Source: Pristiophorus japonicus
Lineage: Eukaryota
Assembly: GCF_044704955.1 (NCBI RefSeq)
Contig: NC_091989.1
Coordinates: 124,744,001 to 124,808,000, forward strand
Length of the DNA stretch: 64,000 nt
Direction: 5' to 3'
Positions 24,990 to 36,800 of this stretch are shown in pieces (within the stretch, counting starts at the first letter, position 1; every line of letters begins with the position of its first letter). Made by a program: the position numbers and the translations under genes. The notes beneath the pieces were generated by a model. The model was not told the origin of the DNA. It was given only the letters and a program-made list of their open reading frames with translations, and did not search any database.

Positions 24990-26690
24990 AAGATCAAGAA
25001 AAGCATTGGTGCGATGATGCAGCCCTGCTTGACCCCGGTCCGGATGTGGATTGGATCTGTGGAGGATCCATTGGTCAGGATCATGGCTAGCATGTCATTA
25101 TGGAGCAGGCAGAGGATGGTGACAAACTTTTGGGGGCAGCCAAAACAGAGGAGGCGCTCCATAGTCCCTCATGGTTGACAGTCTCAATGACCTTTGTGAG
25201 GTCAAAGAAGGCCATGTACAAGGGTTAATGCTGTTCCCTGCATTTCTCTTGTAGTTGTCGTGCGGTGAAGATCATGTCCATTGTACCCCTTAGTGGACGG
25301 AATCCACATTGTGACTCTGGGAGGAGCTCTTCAGTCATGGGGAGAATACAATTGAGGAGGATTCTTGCAATGACTTTCCCAGTGGCCGACAGCAAGGAGA
25401 TTCCTCTGTAGTTACTGCAGTCGGACTTGTCCCTTTTTTGAAGATGGTCATGATTACAGCATCTCTGAGAGCTCCTGGCATGCTCTCCACCTTCCCGATA
25501 AAAGAGATGAGGTCATGCATTCATGACAATAGTGCTTCTCCACCATAGTTTAGTGCCTCGGCAGGGATCAGGGCAGGCTTGTCTCCTGCCAATACTATGA
25601 GAGGCAAGCTCTGAAACTGATCCTTTTATTTCACCGATGATACTAATTTGCGGTTTAAAATCATTTATAGCCGCTTTGCATACGCTCCGAAAGTCTCTCG
25701 GTCGCAATGGAACTCACCCAAGCGCCCTATTATTCCCATAGGCGCAGCCATCTGGACTCTGGCAACGTCGACGGTACAGTCAAGTGTGCTCGAAATTTAC
25801 CTTGGATTTTTAACTGTTCTGCAAAACAAAGAAGCTCTCAAAGTCTCTCTGGTGATTGGCAGGAACATCTACCAAGAAAAATTTCAGCTAGAGAATCCAG
25901 AAATCCTATCCCCGTTCGCCAATATATCCTTATGACATCACTAACAAACACACTCACACAAGATGGCTCTTAACAGAAAACTGACATCATGTGACTTTGC
26001 CACATGACCCTTTTATTATTTACATCAGTCATTGCATTAACACAGTAGTCCACTAGCTGGAGTTCTCTATTACACCTTGATACCCATACATAACAAAAAT
26101 CTATCTATCTCAGTCTTGAAAATTCTAGTTGACCCAGAATCCACAGCCTTTTGGGGGAGAGTGAATTCTGGATTTCCACTGCCCTTTGCGTGAAAAAGTG
26201 CTTCTTGATTTTACTCCTAAATGGCCTCGCCCTATTTTTAAGATTATGTTCTTCCTTTATTTTTAGGGTAGGTGATCAATTAATATGGGCAATCCAAAGA
26301 CTTTTAAAATAAACATTTGAAGATGTGATTGATTTTTTGGGGAGATGGGAATTTTTGAGAGACAGTGAAATAAATGTTTGTATTTTATTTATTAATTAGC
26401 TAGCTTTTAATAAATGTGAAATTTGAGCCCATCAGTAGGCACATTGGACACGTTAGACACATGCTAGGCATAAAATGTTAAATTACATCACTTTAAGTAT
26501 GTCTACAAAGACACACACAACATCCACTACTCAGAATGATATAGCGCAGAAAGAGGCCAGTTGGCCCATCATATCTGTGCCAGCTCCTTCATAGAGCTAT
26601 CCAATTAATCCCACTTCCCACCTCTTTCCCCATAGCCCTGTACACATTCTTCCTTCAAGTATTTGTCCAATTCCCGTTTGAATATTATTA

Positions 26691-28664
26691 CAGGTTGAAA
26701 CATAGAAACATAGAAAATAGGACTAGGCCATTCGGCCCTTCGAGACTGCACCACCATTCATTAAGATCATGGCTGATCATTCACCTCAGTACCCCTTTCC
26801 TACTTTCGCTCCATACCCCTTGATCCCTTTAGCCGTAAGGGTCATATCTAACTCCCTCTTGAATATATCCAATGAACTGCCATCAACAACTCTCTGCGGT
26901 AGGGAATTCCACAGGTTAACAACTCTCTGAGTGAAGAAGTTTCTCCTCATCTCAGTCCTAAATGGCTTACCCCTTATCCTTAGACTGTGTCCCCTGGTTC
27001 TGGACTTCCCCAACATCAGGAACATTCTTCCTGCATCTAACCTGTCCTGTCCTGTCAGAATTATATATATTTCTCTGAGATCCCCTCTCATTCCTCTAAA
27101 CTCCAGTGAATAAAGGCTCAGTCGATCCAGTCTCTCCTCATATATCAGTCCAGCCTTCCCGGGAATCAGTCTGGTGAACCTTTGCTGCACTCCCTCAATA
27201 GCAAGAACGTCCTTCCTCAGATTAGGAGACCAAAACTGAACACAATATTCCAGGTGAGGTCTCACCAAGGCCCTGTACAACTGCAAGTAAGACCTCCCTG
27301 CTCCTATACTCAAATCCCCTAGCTATGAAGACCAATATATCATTTGCCTTCTTCACCGCCTGCTGTACCTGCATGCCAACTTTCAATCACTGATGTAACA
27401 TGACACCCAGGTCTCATTGCAACTCCACTTTTCCTAATCTGCCGCCATTCAGATAATATTCTGCCTTTGTGTTTTTGCCCCCAAAGAGGATAACCTCACA
27501 TTTATCCATATTATACTGCATCTGCCATGCATTTGCCCCCTCACCTGACCTGTGCAAGTCACCCTGCAGCCTTTTAGCATCCTCCTCACAGCTCACACCG
27601 CCACCCAGTTTAGTGCCATCTGCAAACTTGGAGATAATACACTCAATTCCTTCATCTAAATCATTAATGTATATTGTAAAGAGCTAGGGTCCTAGCACTG
27701 AGCCCTGCGGCACTCCACTAGTCACTGCCTGCCATTCAGAAAAGGACCCGTTTATCCCGACTCTCTGCTTCCTGTCTGCCAACCAGTTCTCTCTCCACGT
27801 CAGTACATTATCCCCAATACCATGTGCTTTAATTTTGCACACCAATCACTTGTGTGGGACCTTGTCAATAGGCTTTTGAAAGTCCAAATGCACCACATCC
27901 ACTGGTTCTCCTTGTCCACTCTACTAGTTACATTGTCAAAAAATTCGAGAAGATTTGTCAAGCATGATTTCTCTTTCATAAATCCATGCTGACTTGGACC
28001 GATCCTGTCACTGCTTTCCAAATGCGCTGCTATTTCATCTTTAATAACTGATTCCAACATTTTCCCCACTACTGATGTCAGGCTAACCAGTCTATAATTA
28101 CCCGTTTTCTCTCTCCCTCCTTTTTTAAAAAGTGGTGTTACATTAGCTACCCTCCAGTCCATAGGAACTGATCCAGAGTTGATAGACTGTTGGAAAATGA
28201 TCACCAATGTATCCACTATTTCTAGGGCCACTTCCTTAAGTACTCTGGGATGCAGACTATCAGGCCCTGGGGATTTATTGGCCTTCAATCCCATCAATTT
28301 CCCTAACACAATTTCCCACCTAATAAGGATATCCTTCAGTTCTTCCTTCTCATTAGACCCTCAGTCCCCTAGTACTTCCGGAAGGTTATTTGTGTCTTCC
28401 TTCGTGAAGACAGAACCAAAGTATTTGTTCAACTGGTCTGCCATTCACACCGGCCCTCGGTGGCCCGATCTCGCCCCGGCCCGACTTTGCCCCAGAACCA
28501 GCTCCCCCCTCTGCCCCTGACCTCAGTGGGCCAATCTCGCCCCCGTACCTCGGCTGCCTGACCCTACCTACCTCGGCCCAGGCAAAGACATTCCAAAATC
28601 CGGAATACCCGGAATCCAGAACGGCCTCGGTCCTGAGGTTTCCGGATTTCGGACGCTCAACCTG
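26691..28664. mobile_element. Tc1/mariner (pogo/Tigger-like) MITE interrupted by CR1
   Basis: TA|CAGGTTGA ... TCAACCTG|TA with TA TSD; the right end reads (rc) CAGGTTGAGCGTCCGAAATCCGGAAA with repeated ATCCG(G)AA motifs as in Tigger-like ends. Confidence 0.75.
26699..28445 (-). mobile_element. 5'-truncated CR1 LINE
   Basis: Tail aacatagaaacatagaaa at 26699; RT ORFs 26786-27313 and 27800-28309; same family as the 11253-14977 copies. Confidence 0.93.
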
Positions 28665-29851
28665 TACTGCATCTGCTATCACCACCCTTTCAGGCAGTGC
28701 ATTCCAGCACAACAACTCACTGTTTAATCAGCTGAGAATGAGACAAAACATATTTATCTCAGAACAGAAGTTCCTTCGGTATGCAATTGTCCATGGGCTG
28801 ACATACATTTAAAAAGGTTAATGCAACTGCTCTCAAATAAAATTATCAGTAGAAACAGAAATGATAAAGGGGCAATTTTAACCTTACCTGCCCAATGGAG
28901 GGTGGGCAGTTAAAATCGCTCAGGTTACTTACCTGCTTTGGAGTCACCGAGAGCTGACAGTTCCCGATTTTAACCTGCTCTAATAGCATATGATTTTATT
29001 TAACGTAACAGCAGGTGGTGTTCATGTTAAGTCAGATAATAAACTGTTTTATAAGGACAGGAGGATTTCGTCATGTAACTCACACTGTATTATTCTGCTG
29101 CTAAAGTGCAGCTTTGTATAGTTTCTTCTTTAAGGCCATAAGATATAATTGCCATAAATTGGCACACCTTGAGTTCAATATGAGGCGAAGCACATCCGGA
29201 GATCAATTAGTGAGTAATTATTTCTATGTAGATTGGTAGTTGCTTCAAAATCTCTGTCTCTTCCAAAAGGTCTGAAAAAAAAACAATAGAAAAGGACTGA
29301 CAAAGGTTTTTAAAGTGGGGTCAGTTAACAAGTGAGGGTCCTGGTCTATTGGAGGAATAGAAATAAAAATGAAAAATAATTTTCAACAAAGTCAAAACTT
29401 ACTTCTTTAAGCTTTACCAAGATGGATAACAGATATCTGTTTGAGAATGGAGATTGCTGCAGATGCACAAGAGGCTTTTTGACTAAAAGGCATGGCTCAG
29501 CCCTTAGAATGCTCTAAATGGGAAAGTCCTATTAAACAAGCACTTATAGGCGTTACAAGCAATTACAAATGTAAGAGGGGTGTGGATACAGTTAACATTG
29601 ACAAGTCGATAGCAATGTTGACAGATAACAAGGCCAATTTTAATAATATATAAATGTTTCTCTTTATTTGTTGATTCACTAGCACCATATTTCTTCTGCT
29701 GTGCAGTAATAAAATAGTTTTCTACACTGTTTTATTTTGAGTTGCTGACACTGACTTTTAGATATTGGGAATGAGAGTGCGGCATTATCTCCTGGGGTCC
29801 ACAGAAGTGTTCCAAAAGTTTTGAGAGACTGCCCTACAAGAAAAGTTTATA

Positions 29852-30629
29852 GGCCCCGAAACTCCTGGATTGTAATTATGCAGAAACTGCACCGAAGTGT
29901 ATGCTGACTTTTGCAGAAGGGCTCACACATCCAAATTTCCTGCAAAGCTCCTTTGCTTGCCGGAACGTAATAAAACAGTTTAGAAAAATGCAAATGTAGC
30001 ACCAGCAATAGGAGCAATAGCGAGTTGGCCGCTGTCTCCCAGCATGGTGCCTCACTCTCAGAGGATTTGCCTCTGTTGTTTCTCTTCCTCTACCATTATG
30101 CTGAACAGGGGTATCCCCATTGGGAAGGCCACTCCAGCTACTTCGTCCTTCTCAATGTGTGGGTGGCAGGTGTAGTGAGACTGACAGCATTCTGGTTTAT
30201 TGTATTGCAGGTCTCAGTAAGAAAAATTCAAAACAATTATAAAGAAAAACACCACCAAGCTTCAGAAATCTCAGTTACGCATGGTAACAGGTTACTTCCG
30301 ACTGCACAACGTCTGCATTTCCGGCTGTAAAAATAAGCCGGCGCATTATTCATATATCTAGGAAAAAAATAACTCTAGGAAACTCATGTGAGCTTGTCTT
30401 TTGCATGGGGGCAGGGCTATGAAAATGAGCGTCATGGGTTTTGGCGAATGTATTCTGGAAGTGCAGCAAATAAGAGAGGAAATTTGCGGGTAATGATGTT
30501 TTAGTATAAAAGCTGGTGTAAGTCAGTAAGGAGTTAAATCCCCCCACCTCCCACCCCCACTCCCCGAAAATGGCGCAATGTCACTTTTACGCTGCGATTA
30601 TGCCAAAATTTTCCAGGAAATTTCAGACT
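29852..30629. mobile_element. Degenerate Harbinger-type MITE
   Basis: Imperfect TIRs ggccccgaaactcctgga / tccaggaaatttcagact; CpG-richer than the flanks. Confidence 0.4.
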
Positions 30630-30688
30630 AAATTGTGGGGCTGATATTTTACTTCTGGCTGACATTAGGCAGGCAGCAGGAGAAAGGT

Positions 30689-31265
30689 ACATAATACATA
30701 AAAAATTGGAGCAGGACTAGGCCATTTGGCCCCTGGAGCCTGCTCCACCATTCAATAAGATCATGGCTGATCTGATCTTGGCCTCAGCTCCACTTCCCTG
30801 CCCGCTCCCCATAACCCTTGACTCCCTTATCTTTCAAATATCTGTCTGTCTCCACCTTAAATATATTCAACAACCCAGTCTCCACAGCTCTCGGGGATAG
30901 AGAGTTTCAGAGATTCACGACCCTCTGTGGGAAGGAATTCCTCCTCATCTCCGTTTTAAATGGGCGACCTCTTATTCTGAAACTATACCCCCTAGTTCTA
31001 GATTCCTCCATGAGGGGAAACATCCTCTGTGAATCTACCCTGGCAAGCCCCCTCAGAATCTTATAAGTTTCAATAAGATCACCCCTCATTCTTCTACACT
31101 CCAATGAGTATAGGCCCAACCTGCTCAACCTTTCTTCATAAGACAACCCCTTAATCTCAGGAATCAATCTGTGAACCTTCTCTGAACTGTCTCTAATGCA
31201 AGTATATCCCTCCTTAAATAAGGAGACCAAAACTGTACGCAGTACTCCAGATGTGTTCTTACCAA
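30689..31265 (-). mobile_element. CR1 3' fragment
   Basis: ORF 30907-31371 contains YEERLSRLGLYSLE...RGDLIETYKIL; CR1 3' UTR and degenerate tail at 30689. Confidence 0.9.
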
Positions 31266-33807
31266 CAGTTGTAACAGAGTAATAGAGCTTTCCACCAAGC
31301 ATCCCAGCAAAGATAGCCTGGGCATTTTGATGTCTCGGCCTCATTTGGATAATACCGTGGAGCTGTGTCAACTGAACTCATAGGCATGTTGCCCATAGCG
31401 GCATTGGGGTTGGGCGGAATTGTGGCGGAATTCCGACGGTTCCTCTGTGGAGCTGAGCCCGAAGTTCCATGTTACTGGGGAGAAGGCAATCACGGGGGTG
31501 GGCCGTGGAAGACCCGGCTGTGGTGCATGAAATGATACAATGAACTCCGTACTCTGAGCCAGTGACCAGGTGGGATCCCTTGGGACTCCAGGGGATAAGT
31601 CCTCTGGTGGTTAGACATGGTAATTACAGGTTTACATACATAACACTGTCCATTTGGAGTATGCATCCACCACCACAAAAACCATTTTACCGAGGAAGGG
31701 GCCCGCAAAGTCGATGTGGATTCTAGACCATGGTTTGGATGGCCATGACCACAGACTAAGTGGAGCTTCCTTTGGGGCATTGCTTAACTGCATGCAAGTG
31801 CTGCACTGATGCATGCATGACTCTAATGCTAGGCCACCAAACGTGGGACCTGGCGATGGCCTTCATCATGACAATACCGGGATGCGTACTATTTAATTCC
31901 CGTACAAATCTCGTCCTGCGTTGCTTGGGCATTACAACATGATTACCCCACAGTAAACAGTCGGAATGGATAGAAAGCTCATCTTTGCGATGGCTGTATG
32001 GTTTATTTCATCACCCATTTCCTTGGGGATGCTCAACCAGTCCCCGTTAAGAACAGAACGTTTTACAACCGATTGGGTTGGATCCTGGCTGGTCTAGGTC
32101 TTAATTTGTTGAGCAGTGACAGGTGACCCTTCACTCTCAAAGGCATCCATGACCATGAGTAGCTCTGCGGGCATTGGCATTTCCACCTCCGGTGTGGGCA
32201 ACGGCAACCGGCTCAATGCATCAGCGCAGTTGTCGGTGCCTAGTCTATGACGAATGACATATTCATAGGCAGATAATGTCAGCGCCCACCTCTGGATGTG
32301 GGACGACGTGTTGGTATTGATATCTTTATGTTCCGAGAACAACGATATAAGCCGCTTGTGATTGGTTTCCAGCTCGAAGCGAAGCCCAAACGGGTACTGG
32401 TGCATTTTTTTTACCCCATAAACACATGCTAAAGCCTCTTTCACTACCATGCCATAGGCTCTTTCTGCCTTGGACAGGCTTCGCGACGCATCTGCAACTG
32501 GTTGTAATTTGCCTGACTCATTGGCTTGCTGGAGTATGCAGCCGACCCCATAAGACGACGCATCACAGATCAAAACTTGACGCTTGCATGGGTCATACAG
32601 TACCAGTAGCTTGTGGGAACACAACAGATTTCTAGCCTTCCCAAAGGCTCTGTTTTGAAGTTCACCCCACACCCAGTCGTCTCCTTTCCTGAGCAGCTTG
32701 TGCAAAGGCTCTAATACTGGGCTCAATTTGCGTAAGAAGTTACCGAAGTAGTTGAGAAGACCCAGGAACGAATATAGCTCTGTCACATTCTGGAGCCTGG
32801 GCACATTTTTGATGGCCTCTGTTTTCATGTCTGTAGGCCAGATTCCGTCTGCAGCAATCTTTTGTCCAAGGAATTCAACCTCTGGTGCCATTAAAACGAA
32901 CTTTGAATGTTTCAGCCTGAGTCCCCCTTTGTCCAGACGATGCAGAACCTCTTCCAGATTGTGCAGGTGCTCGGCAGTGTCATGACCTGTGACGAGTATG
33001 TTGTCTTGGAATACCATGGTCCTGGGGACAGATTTCAATAGGCTCTCCATGTTTCTCTGAAATATGGCTGCTGCCGAACGAATGCCAAAAGGGCAAGTGT
33101 TGTAAATAAACAGTCCTTTGGGCGTGTTGATGCACGTTAGTTTCTTTGATGATTCAGCCAGTTCCTGTGTCATGTAGGCCGATGTTAGATCCAATTTGGT
33201 GAATGATTTTCCCCCGGCTAACATTGCAAACAGGTCATCAGCTTTTGGTAGCAGGTACTGATCTTGTTTCGAAACTCAGTTGATCGTGACCTTGTAGGCT
33301 CCACAAATCCTGACTGTGCCATCACTCCTTAACACCGGAACAATGGGGCTGGCCTGTTCAGTAAATTCAACTGGTGAAATGACCTCCTCGCGTTGTAGCC
33401 TGTCCAATTCGAGCTCGACCTTTTCGCTCATCATATGCAGGACCACCCTGGCTTTGTGACGGATGGGCCTTGCATCTGGGTCTAGGTGAATCTGCACCTT
33501 GGCTCCCTTGAAGCTGTCAATTTCCGGGCCAAATTTGCTCAGCATTTGAGCACACAAATCATCTTCTGCTGATGACAAAGCTTTGATATCGTACCATTTC
33601 CATTTTATTTTCTCGAGCCAACTCCTGCCGAATAACGATGGGCTGTTACCCGGGATAATCCATAATGGTAGATCATGAACCGCTCCCTCATACGACACTC
33701 TTACTGCTGCACTACCGATCACTGGTATGAGCTCGTTGGTGTAGGTACGCAACTTCGCATTTAGTGAACTCAGTTTGGGTCTCCCACAGCTTTTCGAAAG
33801 TCCTCTG

Positions 33808-36800
33808 TGTAAAGTCCTGTCCCTGCAGTACAGATTCACAAGAGACACATGCTGAAGTCAAGGTCACTCAGGACCTGCACCTTTATTACACAGCTCTCGA
33901 ATGCCACACTTGCCTGAGACCTGTCCTTATATACCTGTCTGGGACAGGTATCCAGTGTCTCCTGCAAGTGCACCCCTGGTGGTAAGGTAAGCTTGTGGTT
34001 ACAGGTCATCTCTAGTTACAGTCATGTATAGCATGGTAAGATACAGTTATGTACAGTAGTGTGAGATATATGACATCACCCTCCCCCAAGGTCTTATTGT
34101 CTTTATAGGTTCAGTCTCTCAGGTGGTCTACGCTCTTGCGTGGAGTGCTTTGTTGTGGTTCAGTTGTTTGCCTTGGTGCCTGTTGTTCTTTCGGTATGAT
34201 TGCTGGTATCTCGCCTGGGTGTCTGTTTCGTTCAGTATGATTGCTGTGTCTCGCCTGGGCTGTCTGTTGGGATTGTCCTTTCCTCAGGTTGTTCTCTCTG
34301 TCTGTCCACCAGGTGTGGTGTGAGTTCCACATTATAGTCTGCCTCTGGTTCAGCAGTGTTGTTGGTAAATCTACTTTTGACTTGGTCTACATGCCTCTGG
34401 CAGGTTTGGCCATTGTCCATTTGTACCACCAGTAGCCTGTTTCCTTCCTTGTCTGTTACTATCCCTGCAAGCCATTTGGGACCCCTGCCATAGTTTAGCA
34501 CAAATACTTTGTCCCTTATCTCATTCCACCTCCCCCTCGAATTTTGGTCATGGTACTCAGTTAGCTTGCGGCGCTTTGCCTCAACGATGTCATGCATGTC
34601 TGGGAGGATTAATGAGAGCCTTGTCTTTAAGGTCCGTTTCATTAATAGTTGCGCAGGGGGAACTCTAGTCAATGAATGCGGATGAGATCTGTATGCCAGC
34701 AGCAGTCGTGACAGGTGGCCCTGCAGCGTGGGACCTTGGATTTTGAGCATGCCATGTTTAATGATCTGCACTGCTCGCTCCGCCTCGTCGTTGGAGGCCG
34801 GCTTGAACGGTGTCGTCTTAACGTGATTTATGCCATGGTCACTTATAAAATCTTGGAATTCTACTCTGGTGAAGCACGGACCATTATCACTGACCAATAT
34901 GTCAGGAATGCCGTGCGTTGCGAACATGGTTCCAAGGCTCTCCACAGTGGTGGAGATGGTACTCGAGTTTAAAATGGTGCATTCGATCCACTTAGAGAAT
35001 GCGTCTACAACTACGAGGAACATTTTGCCCATGAATGGGCCCGCATAGTCTACGTGCACCCGCGACCACGGTTTGGTGGGCCAGGGCCAGGGGCTCAGGG
35101 GGGCCTCCATGGGGGCATTACTGAGTTGGGCACAAATGGTGCACCGTCGGACACAGAGCTCCAAGTCCGCGTCAATGCCAGGCCACCAGACGTGGAATCT
35201 GGCTATGGCCTTCATGAGAACGATCCCCGGGTGCTCGTGGTGGAGCTCCCGGACAAATGCCTCTCTGCCTCGCAGAGGCATAACTACTCGGCTGCCCCAC
35301 ATCAGGCAGTCTGCTTGTAGTGACAGCTCATGCATGCGCCTATGGAAAGGTTTGATCTCCTCGGGGCAGGTATCACGAGCTTCTGCCCAATCACCGGTTA
35401 GGACACATCGTTTTACTAGGGATAACGTGGGGTCGCTGGTCGTCCAGGCTCTGATTTGGCGAGCCGTCATGGGCGAACTTGGCATTGATTGCCATGACTA
35501 TCTCACAGTCCTGTTCGTCAGACCCTTCCGTGGTCGCCAGGGGTAGCCTGCTAAGCACGTCGCCACAGGTTTCTGTGCCTGGTCTGTGCCTTATGGTGTA
35601 ATCGTAAGACGCCAGCATGAGTGCCCACCGTTGAATGCGCGCTGAGGCGTTGGCGTTTATTGCCTTGCTTTCGGATAGTAGGGACGTGAGGGACTTGTGG
35701 TCGGTTTCTAACGCAAACTTGGCCCCGAAAGATATTGGTGCATCTTTTTGACACCGTACACGCATGCAAGCATCTCCTTCTCCACCATTCCGTACCTGCG
35801 CTCCGCCCGCGAAAGTGACCTGGAGACATAAGCTATGGGTTGTAATTTACCCGCACTATTGACATGTTGTAAAATGCACCTGACCCCGTACGCTGACACA
35901 TCACATGTAAGAACTAGCTTTTTACCTGGCTCAAAGAAAGCCAAAACACTGTTGGAACACAGAAGATTGCGTGCCTCATTGAAGGCGCGTTCCTGGGCGT
36001 CCCCCCAAAACCATTCGCTCCCCTTTCTGAGAAGCACGTGGAGAGGCTCCAGCAGTGTGCTTAAGTTCTGCATAAAGTTCCCAAAGTAATTGAGTAGCCC
36101 GAGAAAGGCACGCAGTTTTGAGACATTCCGGGGCCTGGGTGCCAGGCGAATTTCTTCGGTTTTGGACTCTGTTGGGCGGATATCATCAGCGGCAATCCTT
36201 CTGCCCAAAAATTCAACCTCGGGCGCGAGAAACAAGCACTTGGATTTCTTAACCCTTAGGCCTACCCGATCCAACTGCTTTAGTACTTCCTCCAAATTGC
36301 GGAGATGGGCATTGGTGTCCCTGCCCGTGATAAGTATGTCGTCTTGAAATACAACCGTCCCCGGGATGGACTTGAGTAGACTCTCCATGTTGCACTGGAA
36401 TATAGCAGCTGCTGACCTGATGCCGAATGGGCATCGATTGTACATGAAAAGGACTCGATGTGTGTTGATGGTGGTGAGTAGCTTGGACTCACGGTCAATT
36501 CTTGCGTCATATACGCAGATGTGAGATCTAGTTTTGAGAAAAGTTTTCCTCCAGCCAATGTGGCAAATAAGTCCTCCACTCTGGGCAGCGGGTATTGGTC
36601 CTGTAGGGAGACTCTGTTTATGGTTGACTTGTAATCCCCACAGATTCGTACGGATCCATCAGGCTTCATGACTGGAACGGTGGGACCTGCCCAGTCGCTA
36701 AATTCCACGGGTGAGATAATGCCTTCCTGCAGAAGCCTGTCTAGTTCGTGTTCAATCTTTTCCCTCATCACATAGGGCACAGCTCTAGCCTTGTGATGGA

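Larger units (their letters stand above)
23224..25568 (-). mobile_element. 5'-truncated RTE-clade LINE with two nested CR1 fragments
   Basis: (CAT)n tail at about 23227-23240; RT motifs GVKQGC, LQYADDA, LRKILQIHWED; homologous to the RTE ending at 52641; Gypsy sequence resumes on both sides (GDKPAL | RNWL). Confidence 0.92.
19847..26074 (-). mobile_element. Gypsy LTR retrotransposon B, internally deleted, hosting a MITE and an RTE
   Basis: LTRs 19847-20002 and about 25922-26074; TSD CCTTG (19842-19846 / 26075-26079); PPT rc cttctccctcctt at 20003; PBS-like rc cccgttcgcca at 25911-25921; integrase remnants at about 20100-21500; gag start MAAPMGIIGRLGEF near 25751. Confidence 0.9.
19729..26248 (-). 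mobile_element. Old CR1-type 3' fragment (19729-19846 and 26075-26248) split by Gypsy B
   Basis: Diverged CR1 3' UTR (gcccttcgagcctg...gattatggctgatc) that continues after the LTR element's TSD as ccttgataccc... Confidence 0.75.
26531..28722 (-). mobile_element. Old CR1-type 3' fragment (26531-26690 and 28665-28722) split by a Tigger-like MITE
   Basis: Diverged CR1 3' end: gaggcc...ggcccatc...tttccccatagccctg...tccaattccc...caccaccctttcaggcagtgcattccag. Confidence 0.65.
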
